From: Octopus vulgaris
Taxonomy: Eukaryota
NCBI GenBank assembly: GCA_951406725.2
Contig: OX597818.1
Coordinates: 61,442,001-61,506,000, forward strand
Length of the DNA: 64,000 nucleotides
Reading direction: 5' to 3'
Of the stretch, positions 13,000 through 23,487 are shown piece by piece; positions within the stretch are counted from its first letter, which is position 1; every line of letters begins with the position of its first letter. The notes beneath the pieces are model-generated. The model did no database searches. It saw nothing but the letters and a program-made list of their open reading frames with translations, and had not been told where the DNA came from. Both the position numbers and the translations under genes were made by a program.

Positions 13000-13290
13000 T
13001 GCAATGGAAAGAAGAATGGTGAATATTTTGATGAACGAATTACATGTATAAGGAGAAGATGGCAAGTGTTCAAGATACACTTCAAAAAGTAACAAAAAAC
13101 AAAGTGGAACTGGACAGACAATTTTGATAGAACAAAGGACAACAAATGGGTGAAGAAGAGCTATGGCGGATGTGACACAAAAGGAAAATGAAGGACAACA
13201 CTGAAGAATACATCAAGGCAATTAAGAGAGGTACAAGAATGGCAACAGACAGGAAGAAACATGAAGAACGTTGTCCAACAGTGAACTGTT
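13000..13290 (+). mobile_element. Decayed RTE LINE C-terminal fragment
   Basis: Conceptual translation across frameshifts AMERRM...KWNWT...RTKDNKW...MATDR...VQQ matches the RTE C-terminus pattern KW.WAGH..R..D.RW. Confidence 0.6.
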
Positions 13291-14369
13291 GTATCTTATG
13301 AGATGGAAAGCAAATTGGTAAAAGCTAAAAAAAATTAATCAAAGTCTTATTAATAACAATAAAGTATATTTCACATTCTATAATATATATGTTAATGAAT
13401 ATTATCCTGTTTAATTTCGGGAAATTAAAAACAAATGTCTAATCATTGTGAATGACTTTAAATATCAAACAAGTAAGTAATCTACATTTCGCTTTCATAT
13501 GGAATTAATAAAAAGAAAAATATCTGATTGATGCTTTGGAATTAATCAGTAAACTTTCTCTCTTGGTTCATCTTACCAGTCCAATTCATGCTCAAAACAA
13601 ATCAGAGTACAGATAATTCACCATTTGATAAGGTAGAGAAACTTTCTATTAAATTTTAGTATTGATCTCCTATAAAATCACATAAGCTATGGAAGCACAT
13701 ATGGTTCTGTGCTAAATTTAGACATTAAACCTAGCTAGCTGTCCACTAACAATGACAGGCTTCCCAGAGTTGAAGTTCCATACAATGACTTATTTACATT
13801 GCATTAGTTATTCAAACCTAAATAGCAACTAATGCTTTTAAACCTTCAATTTCCAAATGAAAATGCCAAATTTTCAGAAACAGAATTCAAAGTAATAGAA
13901 CATTTAATTGACAATTATGATAGAAGAAGCTGAAGATTTTGTAATTACAATACTCCAATCTAAATAATAAATTAATATCCTTCTACAGCTATAAATTTAA
14001 ATATCATTTACAACTAAACTGGTTGCATCCCTGAGTACTGGTGGTGCTTTCATTAGGATTCATTCAGTGATTATGTTTCAGAGTCCTTTCTAAATGCAAA
14101 TTTATAATAAGTGCTTAAAGTACAACACAACAACCTCAAAAAAATGTCTTGCTTTTATAACTAAGAAAGTAGCAGAGAAACGGCATAATTAACTTATTAA
14201 CTTAAACAATCTAAGATAAATTATCGAGCAAATCACTAAAGAATATGAAATCTGTAAGAACATCAGATTCAAATGAAATATGAAATACAAGAACTATAAA
14301 TTACCGTTCCCTGATAGCGTTCACTACTAACAACAGCTGGTCACCTACACATAAATATACATATCTTTC

Positions 14370-14766
14370 TTTTACTTATTTCAGCCATTTGACTGTGGTC
14401 ATGCTGGAGCATCACCTTTAGTGAAGCAAATGGACCCCAGGACTTATTCTTTTGTAAGCCTAGTACTTATTCTATTGGTTCCTTTTGCCGAACTACTAAG
14501 TTATGGGAATGTAAACACACCAGCATTGGTTGTCAAGCAATGTTAGGGGGACAAACACAAACACACAAACACACACATGCACACACACACACAGAGACAC
14601 ATCATATAGAGGGCATTACTATACATAAATGCCACACTCTAGGAGGGACTTTTAAAGCCAAAACTACCAAAATAAATAAACACATCGTACCGAATGTGAG
14701 GGAATGCAACTCTTGAAGCAAGCCATTAAAAACAGAATTACACATTTTTTATCCTATTTTTAAATA

Positions 14767-14813
<47 letters not shown>

Positions 14814-14950
14814 CACACATAAATATGACGGGCTTCTTTCAGTTTCCATCTACCAAATCCACTCACAAGGCTTTGGTTGGCCCAAGGATATAATAGAAGA
14901 CACCTGGGACCATGTGGTTGGTAAGAAATCTACTTACCACATAGCCACCC
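14370..14950 (-). mobile_element. SINE family B with a ~160-bp insert in its central microsatellite
   Basis: Tail at 14370-14600, unrelated sequence about 14603-14765, head part 14825-14950. Confidence 0.85.
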
Positions 14951-15382
14951 CATAACTCATCATTCTATTGTTGTGCCAAACTGCAGGTACAAGAAAGCCA
15001 CCATTCATCAATCCAATTACAATTAACTTTACTGTTTTAACACCTGGCTTTATTTAAATGGAGGTCTTGTTTTCCAAGTTTTATTGATTAGATTCTTTAG
15101 GGGTTTTTCTTTTTTTTTTCCGGCTACATAAGTAAGAATTGGAAGTAACTAAGTATTTTTTTTCCAGAAAACTTTACTATTAATTTAAATATCTAAATTA
15201 CTGAGATGGTTAGATTCATTTTAACATGATGTAAAAAAAAAAATGTCAAAATAAAATTTGCTTTAAACATAAAATTTTACTAAATATTATAAATGAAAAA
15301 TTACTTTACTAAATGTTAATAAATAATAATGTTAACTTTTTTTTAAAGAAAACTATTCTTAAATATTTGCATCTTTAAAAAT

Positions 15383-15810
15383 ATGTGGCTGTGTGGTAAG
15401 TAGCTTGCTTACAAACCACATGGTTCCGGATTAAGTCCCACTGTATGGCACCTTTGGCAAGTGTCTTCCACAATAGCCTCGGGCCGACCAAAGCATTGTG
15501 AGTGGATTTGGTAGATGGAAACTGAAAGAAGCCCATCGTGTATATATATATATCTATATATGTATGTGTGTGTATGTATATGTGTGTGTGTGTATATGTT
15601 TGTCTGTCTGTGTTTGTCCCCACCACTAGCATCGCTTGACAACTGATGCTGATGTGTTTATGTCCCCGTAACTTAGCGGTTCGGCAAAAGAAACCGATAA
15701 AATAAGTACTAGGCTTACAAAAAATAAGTCCTGGGGTTGATTTGCTCGACTAAAGGTGGTGCTCTAGCATGGCCACAGTCAAATGGCTGAAACAAGTAAA
15801 AGAGTAAAAG
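15383..15810 (+). mobile_element. SINE family B, near full length
   Basis: gtggctgtgtggtaagtagcttgc ... tgaaacaagtaaaagagtaaaag. Confidence 0.92.
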
Positions 15811-16392
15811 ACCGAGATACATTTCCAAATTATCAGGAGACATACAAATAAAAAAATATTTCTATGTAAGAAAAATTATAACACCTTTTTCCCTCTGGTG
15901 ATTCTCTCACTTAAAAAAGATATCAACAGAAAAATTATGAGAATGTACAATGAAGTTGAGTGAAAAATAGGTTTGAGATTGGTCACCAAAAATAGTCAAT
16001 TAGTTATATTTCAGGCGATTATAGATAATTATCTTACTAATATAAAATCTGAAATGTGTGGAGGCACAAGATAATTGTCTATTCTTATAAGGGAGTACTT
16101 TTCCACCAAAAACAGCGAAGCTATGAGACATGTTTCACTATCACCCCTCCTTCCATACCTATATTCTATGTTAATTAAACAACAAAACGAAATTATGTTA
16201 CTGAAAGCAACACATACATACACACAAACACAGTATGAGATTACAGCTCTACAAAGACAACTAAATGTTCTCTCCATTTTAGCAGCACTCTCTCCACACC
16301 AAGTAGCTTATAATGCAACTGGTCAAGTGCTCCCCACATAAATACATAGCAACTGGGCATGTTTTCTAAAGGGACAATCACACTTATATAAA

Positions 16393-16928
16393 CCCAAGAC
16401 CCGGCAAGCCAAATGAGACCATAACCTCATGGCCTATAACCAGCCTGCTTATGCGTACCTTTTCCTTCTTTGGTCACTAAACTCTGCTTGCGAAGACCTG
16501 TTAAGGTAAGTGAAATCAAAATTAAATTCGATGACTGGCATCTGTGCTAGCGGGGTGCAAAAAGCACCATACAAGTGTGATCATTTGACAGAGCGGCTAA
16601 CCGGCTTCTGTGCCAGTGGCACATAAAAGGGTGCCATTCGAGTGTGATCGTTACCAGCATCGCTTTACTGGCACCTGAGCTAGTGGCATGTGTAAAAAGA
16701 TTTGAGCGAGGTCATTTCCAGTGCTGCCCGACTGGCCCTCGTGCCGGTGGCATGTAAGAAGCACCCACTACACACTTGGAGTGGTTGGCGTTAGGAAGGG
16801 CATCCAGCTGTAGAAACTCTGCCAGATCAAGATTGGAACCTGGAGCAGCCATCTGGTTCGCCAGCCCTCAGTCAAAATCGTCCAACCCATGCTAGCATGG
16901 AAAGCAGCCGTCAAACAATGATGATGAC
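16393..16928 (+). mobile_element. SINE-like family A, long copy
   Basis: Multiple GGCAC modules, conserved core and (GAT)n tail; 5' extension starting aagacccggcaagcc. Confidence 0.85.
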
Positions 16929-17527
16929 AACCTGAGAGGACAATGGGAAAACAAAGCAACTGGGGTAGCAATATGTAAGAAGAGGGAGCAACACTGTACG
17001 TTTGTATGTAGGTGTAACAGTTAGTCTCATTTGATCCAAGCTAACTTTGGGAAAAAGTGGATGTTTAGCATATACACACAAAAGCAAAACAGTTGACTTA
17101 TAATGCAAACACATTTATTACTACATAACTTCATCTAACTGTCTAAGCACAGATCAAAGAATTTCGTCCAAAATCTTTCCTCGCCTACCTTTGCTCCAGG
17201 TATTCTACATCAGTACATCACCAGATAGTAATAAACCTGACAGTTGTTGCAATCTCATTTTACCTTATCACAGCAATCAAGTGTTTTTAAATACTTTTGA
17301 ACGACTCTGACTGGAAGCCATTTAAAATAACCAGTAGTTCCCAACTTTTAATTTTCTTTCACATATTTTAGCAGCTTATTTCCATTCCACTAATGTCCTC
17401 AGTTCTATGAGCTTATGGAGTCGAGCTGAAATATTTCTGTTGTGCATTATATTTTCTGTTTTCTAAATGATACTTACACATAGCGACCATTTCAACAAGT
17501 TCTGAGATACCTGTATCTCTTGGATAT

Positions 17528-17787
17528 GGCCTCCGTGCCAGTGGCATGTAAAAAGTACCAACCGATCGTGGCTGTTGCCAGCCTCACCTGGCACCTGTGC
17601 AGGTGGCACGTAAAAAAGCACCCACTACACTCATGGAGTGGTTGGCATTAGGAAGGGCATCCAGCTGTAGAAACACTGCCAGATCAGACTGGGCCTGGTG
17701 CAGCCTCCTGGCTTCCCAGACCCCAGTTGAACCGTCCAACCCATGCTAGCATGGAAAGCGGACGTTAAACAATAATGATGATGATGA
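17528..17787 (+). mobile_element. SINE-like family A copy
   Basis: Conserved core and ggacgttaaacaataatgatgatg tail. Confidence 0.88.
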
Positions 17788-19569
17788 GTACCTCTCCAGT
17801 AGTCAAACATTTTGATATTATACTCCTCATTCATATTTCATGTGGCAACATGTATATACTTTGTATAAAGCAACTAAATTCACCTCATGTTCTACTCAAG
17901 TATTCTTTATTGTCTACAGTTTACTAATATTACAAAATACTGTGATATCATCAATGGAAGCTTTAACTGTTTACTGTTACCAAAATTAATTCTGTTATCT
18001 TTGTAAGAAAACTAAAGTGTGTTTAGAAAACCTTTAGCAAATATATTCCACGTCAACAATGGTCTTTCTGTGACCAATTTTGCTATATATAAACCAAGGA
18101 ATAACCAGTTAATATTAGTACTGGCAATTTCGACTTTTCACTATCTCTCACACTGACTCATTAATTAAAACTAGGATGTGTGAGATAAAAATATGGATAT
18201 TCATATATATGTAAACATTATCAGATAGTGTAAGGGGGTAGGATAACCGAACCAGGTAGGTAAGTTAGTAATTAGATTCATTACTGAATGTGTTAATAAT
18301 CTTGGCTTTCTTGTTCTAACAATGCAATTACATCAAATACGTTAACACCCACTTTTAAGGCAAGTTGTATTATGTTTCCTCTCATGAAATATGACTCAAA
18401 AGTTCGTTTTGTAATACTTTCCAATTTCATTCTTAGGAAAGAACACTTTGTGAAATTGTCTTTTACTTTGGAGTGAGTGAGTGAGTGAGAGAGTTTCTAT
18501 GTTTACTGCTTTTAAAATGATGTTAAATTAAATCCACCTCTAACGAAGATTCTTTGCCACTTGATGAGCAGATATCGTTATACTGTTATATTTATTCATG
18601 TATAATATACACTCCCAGCCATTCATATGTCCTCAAACAAATGAGTGTGCATTAAACACGAGAACTTGAGGTTACCCACTTTTCTAGATATCATTATGTG
18701 GCCATTCCGAAAAGGTGTAAGTGACAGATTTTATAATAGTCAACTAATGTGTAATGAAGAATTTGAATCATTAAGATGTTACATTTCCAATGGTAGTGAT
18801 AATACATTAAATGTTTATTATATTTTCTATATACATCCTACATATAAAATCCTAACTGTGCTCATAGCATTGTATTGCTCAAGGTTGTTTACTATTTTAC
18901 AAACACTGAAATGATTTAAAAGTAAATTGTAAAACTAACACAGAAACAGCAAAATTAGGAAAGCTATTTATATATAGTATCTATATATATATTTACAGTT
19001 TCAGTTTATACTATGTACCTCAATTTGTGCTACATACATTGCTGCATGAAAATTTTATCAGATTTCAATAACCCCACCATAATAGAGAATAACAGGGAAA
19101 GGTTAAGTTTGATAACATAAAGGACATCCACTCACAGAAAATCTGCCTCAGCCTATTCCATCTGACCCATGCGAGCATGGGAAAGTGGACGTTAAAACAA
19201 TGATATTGATGTCTAGGCCTCATAAAGGAAATAAACACAGAAGTTTATTCCTATATTCTTTTTTTTCCACTTAGTATATAGGATCCAGTTTTTTTCTACC
19301 ATAAAAAAATTAAAATCACAATTTGTTTTCTGCTATTTACATATAATTACAGGTTTTCTTTATAATCCAATGAACAAAAATTAAAACTGTTTAATTCAAT
19401 TTGTTACTTACAAAACACTAATCCAGTTAATTTGGCTATATTAGAAGAAAATATTACAAATATACTGCATTAAAATGAAATACATTGTAGAGATTTGAAT
19501 CTTCAGAATAATGAATTCTTTCTTCATTGAATACAATAAAGCTTCTATAATTAATATTATTATATATGG

Positions 19570-21130
19570 CAGCATCCATTAGTTTTGTTGGACTAAGAAT
19601 CTGCAACTAGAAAGTCTTGTTCCAATCTTGTAGCAGAACAGTGCATCAGTGCATACTGTAACAGATTGCCATGTGAGGAACAATCCTGGCTGCAGTGACT
19701 ACACTTGAAGGCAGCCTGCCAGTCTTGCTCGGGTGCCATTCCTCTGTTGATTTTGCTTTGCTTGATAACCAAACCACAAATTTTCTTCTCGTCTTTTCAA
19801 CTCTTTAGCATTCAAGTTAATCTGTCAAATGCAATTTATTCATGTTTGTTTTGAATTATTCATACAATATTTAGTACCTTCAAGATTTCAATGATGTGAC
19901 TCTAGTTTTAGTATGGCATTGTAGGGTAAGGTCAGTGAGGCCAGATCTGGCTGGTTTGAGCATAAAACAGGTAGAATATTTGGGTCAGGTCTGGCTGGTT
20001 TAAGTGTAAAATGTTTAAACCCATGTCAAGTTTTAATCTACGGCAGCTGCAATCATCAGAAACAACCTCCTGCTTTCCAACATCCATGTAAAGAAACTTT
20101 TCATTTTTTAAATGACAGTGTTGTTCTTGTGTTCACTTTCCAGAGGTGTCATGTAGCAAGATTTTGGGATTCTCCCACCTGACAAGTGATGTACATGACC
20201 TAGCCAGTGGAGGCAACATTTGTGCAGTAGGGTGAGGAGGCTGGATTATGCAGATGTGAGGCAGGAGCTCACTGTTGGTGACTAAGTCAGTCCACTTGAT
20301 GTTCATGATCCATTCTGGGCTGCATAGGTGAAAAGCATTGAAGGACAAATTGCATTTATCCAGAATAGATGTTCCAAGTCTTACTCTCATAGAGCAGTGT
20401 ACTGAGAATACAAGTTCTGTAGACTGCAACCATGGTATGCAGTATTAACTTACTGTTCTCCCAAATTCTTGTCAGCCTTAGCCAGTGTTGAAGCTGCATT
20501 TCCAATATGTCAAGTCAGACTCCAAAGAGAAATTGCTCTGATGGTGGAACTGGAAATTCATTAACTGCCTATATTTCATAGATGTTGATGGTAATGATGG
20601 GGGACGCTCAACATCTTGCCCCAGCAACACTTTAGTCTTCTTCAGACAGATGGTAATGCTGAAATCTCAACAGTCTCTTTGAGAATGTCCATGAAGCTTT
20701 GCAGTTGCTCTTCCAAGAATACCACATCATCTACAAAGGCCATGTCCCCAATGATTATTTTGCATATTTGGGATTTTGCCCTTAGGAGAAAGAAACTGAA
20801 CAATGTACTCATTTGATTGTATGTGGAGATAAACACCATCAATTGATGCTGCAAAGGTGTGCTTCAGCATGACAGCAAAGATGATGTCAAACAGAGTTGG
20901 GGTAGGCACAGTCCACTTTCACTCAACTGCAAATCATGAAGGGGTTAAAGTAGGGGCCATCAAACTGAGTGACACTTTTCATGTCTATGGGGAATGACTG
21001 CACCATCTTACATAACCTCAAAGAATATTCTATCTTGTCAAGGATTTTGAACAGGCCATCGTTAGACATAGCATCAAAGGCCTTCTTCATAAGTTAGTGG
21101 AAAAGATGTAGAGTGTTTGCTATTGACCTC
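19570..21130 (-). mobile_element. 5'-truncated decayed RTE (BovB-like) LINE, RT domain to C-terminus, interrupted by a MITE
   Basis: Minus-strand motifs KKAFD, PTLFDIIFAVMLKH, DMAFVDD, FNAFHLCS..IMNIKWTDLVTNSELL and a terminal Cys motif; many frameshifts. Confidence 0.88.
19797..20018 (+). mobile_element. TTAA/piggyBac-type MITE family M1 (nested in RTE)
   Basis: Homologous along its length to 23259-23487; termini decayed. Confidence 0.75.
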
Positions 21131-21806
21131 TTCAGTTTTGTTTGTTGTCAAAGACAGAAAATCAGGTTAATATAGTAGTGCATTAAAATGTGGTATGTCA
21201 CAGGATCTGAGTCTTCTGTATAATGAATACTTTTTCACTGAATATAAAATTTCTCCAGCTATAAATCCTATTATAATTAGTATCATCATAAGGTCTAAAA
21301 CTGGCTAGAGAATACAAGCCACCAAGAAGTTGTGAGCATTTTGCAAGTAGGTTGAGCCTAATCAATATCTGCAGTGTTTCTAAGTATTAGCTTATACACT
21401 TCTTCCACAAGTCTTTTTTTTTTTTCGCATAATTATCTTAATGATTTTTCTTCCAACATAAATATTCAAATATGACAATCGGAACAATCTCACGATCCAT
21501 TCTTCCTTTCACATATCACAAAGGCCAGTTATTGGTACTTTTTCAGCTCCTAAAGCTGTTATTTCACATTGGCATTTCTCTAAGAAGAATAGGCATTACT
21601 TATAATCTATATTCATTTACAAGAAATATTTTCCGAACACAAATATTAGATATCATCTTTATTATGAGATTCAGAGTCATCTACACTCTTATCTATGGTA
21701 GAAACAAAGACAGATTGGAATAAATCTTTACTGGAATTTTCTCTTTTCTGAGTCACAACTTAGATACGCCTTGCATCATAAAATGATGATCAGATAAGTA
21801 CTGAAT

Positions 21807-21919
21807 GTACCACGGGCATATGGTGTAGTGGTTAAGTGTGCGGGCTACTAACCCCAAGATTCTGAGTTTGATTCCAAGCAGTGACCTGAATAACGATGAT
21901 AATAATAATAACAATAATA
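21807..21919 (+). mobile_element. H1 head-only insertion (tRNA-like head plus (AAT)n)
   Basis: gggcatatggtgtagtggttaag...gagtttgattcc..gtgacctgaataa; 13-bp direct repeat ataagtactgaat at 21794-21806 and 21920-21932. Confidence 0.8.
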
Positions 21920-22246
21920 ATAAGTACTGAATCAATTTGGTCAACTGTGCCAAGTCCCCTACAGCATTTCTGGCCCAGGAAAATTTGTAAATTATCTGTT
22001 ACAATATTCTTATTATTTCGTTTACAGTAGTGATTTCCATCAATCATTAATTTGCAATAATTGAGCTGACATAATAACCATTGATTAAACTAAATCCTCT
22101 TTGTATCCAGAATAGCAAACTTATATGTAATTTGTTCATATTGTTCACAAATAAAAGAAAAAAAAAAAGAAAATTGCTAAGTTGACAGAATATGAAATTC
22201 AGGTAAACATTTACTTAGAATTAATCTTCAAACTAGGTACTGCTGT

Positions 22247-22388
22247 ACATTATTTACATTCGACGGTTATTTCTCATCCTTTTTGTTGTTAACACAATGT
22301 TTCAGCTGATATACCCTCCAGCCTTTATCAGGTGTCTTGGGGAAACTTCAAACCTGGGTTCTCATTCCTAAGGTATTTTTCAATGTTG

Positions 22389-22419
<31 letters not shown>

Positions 22420-22694
22420 GCCCATGGGCATATGGCATCGTGGTTAAAAGCGCAGGATACTAACCCCAAGATTCTGAGTTTGATTCCAAGCAGTGACCTG
22501 AATAATAATGATAATAACATTGAAAAATACCTTAGGGATGAGAAACCAGGTTCAAAATTTCCCCAAGACACCTGATGAAGGCTGGAGGGTATATCAGCCA
22601 AAACGTTGTGTTAACAACAAACAAGAGGAGGAGAAATATCTGGCAAATGTAAATAACGTACATAATTCCTCATCTCTTAAATATAGAACTGTAT
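22247..22694. mobile_element. Hammerhead element H1, fold-back insertion 3 (most complete)
   Basis: Minus arm 22247-22416, plus arm about 22420-22694 with head, hammerhead motif 22567-22612 and full tail; direct repeat taggta(c/t)tgctgt at 22234-22246 and 22695-22707. Confidence 0.88.
22567..22612 (+). ncRNA. Minimal type I hammerhead ribozyme motif (this copy has G12>A)
   Basis: Stem I GACAC/GTGTT, core CTGATGA plus A, stem II GGCTG/CAGCC, (G>A)AAA, palindromic AACGTT stem III, predicted cleavage after GUU. Confidence 0.7.
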
Positions 22695-23258
22695 TAGGTA
22701 TTGCTGTTTTAGGTACCCTATCTTTTGATAGGTGGATAGAAATTACAAAACTCCAAATTCAGTAGCTACTGTTTAATAATTGAGGGTTTTCAGTTTCTAT
22801 GTTCAGGAAGCAGATAAAACAAACTGAGTAACTATCTTATTTTTACTCACACAATAATAGATATAAAGGTAAATTTTCTACTTACACCAATTAAAACAAA
22901 TGCCAAATTGCAGGGAAATATTTCTCACAGATAATACTGATTCTCAGTCTTGCAATTATATTGCTTCTGACCAGAAGAAATTTCACCAATAGAAGTATGT
23001 TGGCTTCCTTTTAACCAATTGGTTATATGATGAGTAGTTTATGGGTACAAAGTTGAAATTAAGTGTTTCTAAACTTTTCTAATCAGCAAACAATTGAATG
23101 TGTTTAAGTTTAACTACCTACAAAGAATACGACTTCAGGAAAATGTCATCTGTGATGAACTAGTACCCTACACAGCAAATATATGCTTTGCTACTATTGT
23201 TACTACTTGTAACGATAAGAAAAAGGTACCATTTTAATAAGGAGAGTAGGTGATTTTA

Positions 23259-23487
23259 TTAACTCTTTAGTGTTCGCATTATTCTGCCATAATTAAATCT
23301 TTTTCATCCACATTGTTTTGAACTAATCATGCATTATCTTGTAGCTATGAGATTTTGAAGAGGTAGCTGTTAATTTTTAAAACGATATTGTAGGGTTGGT
23401 GTGAGAGACCAGATCTGGCCAGTTTGAACATAAAACAGGCAGAATACTTTTGGGCGGATATGGCCGGCTTAAATGCTAAAGGGTTAA
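23259..23487 (+). mobile_element. TTAA/piggyBac-type MITE family M1
   Basis: TTAActctttag ... ctaaagggTTAA terminal inverted repeats with TTAA at both ends. Confidence 0.85.

Noticed and set aside
14305-14344. 40-nt minus-strand microexon (GDQLLLVVNAIRE, vaguely PDZ-like)
   Set aside because: Weak acceptor abutting a SINE tail; resemblance too short to support
17478-17510. 33-nt minus-strand microexon with GTAAGT donor
   Set aside because: No polypyrimidine tract; such matches are expected by chance in 64 kb
21813-21886. Functional tRNA gene (also 8790-8865)
   Set aside because: Imperfect cloverleaf, no oligo-T terminator, continues into repeat sequence; these are SINE heads
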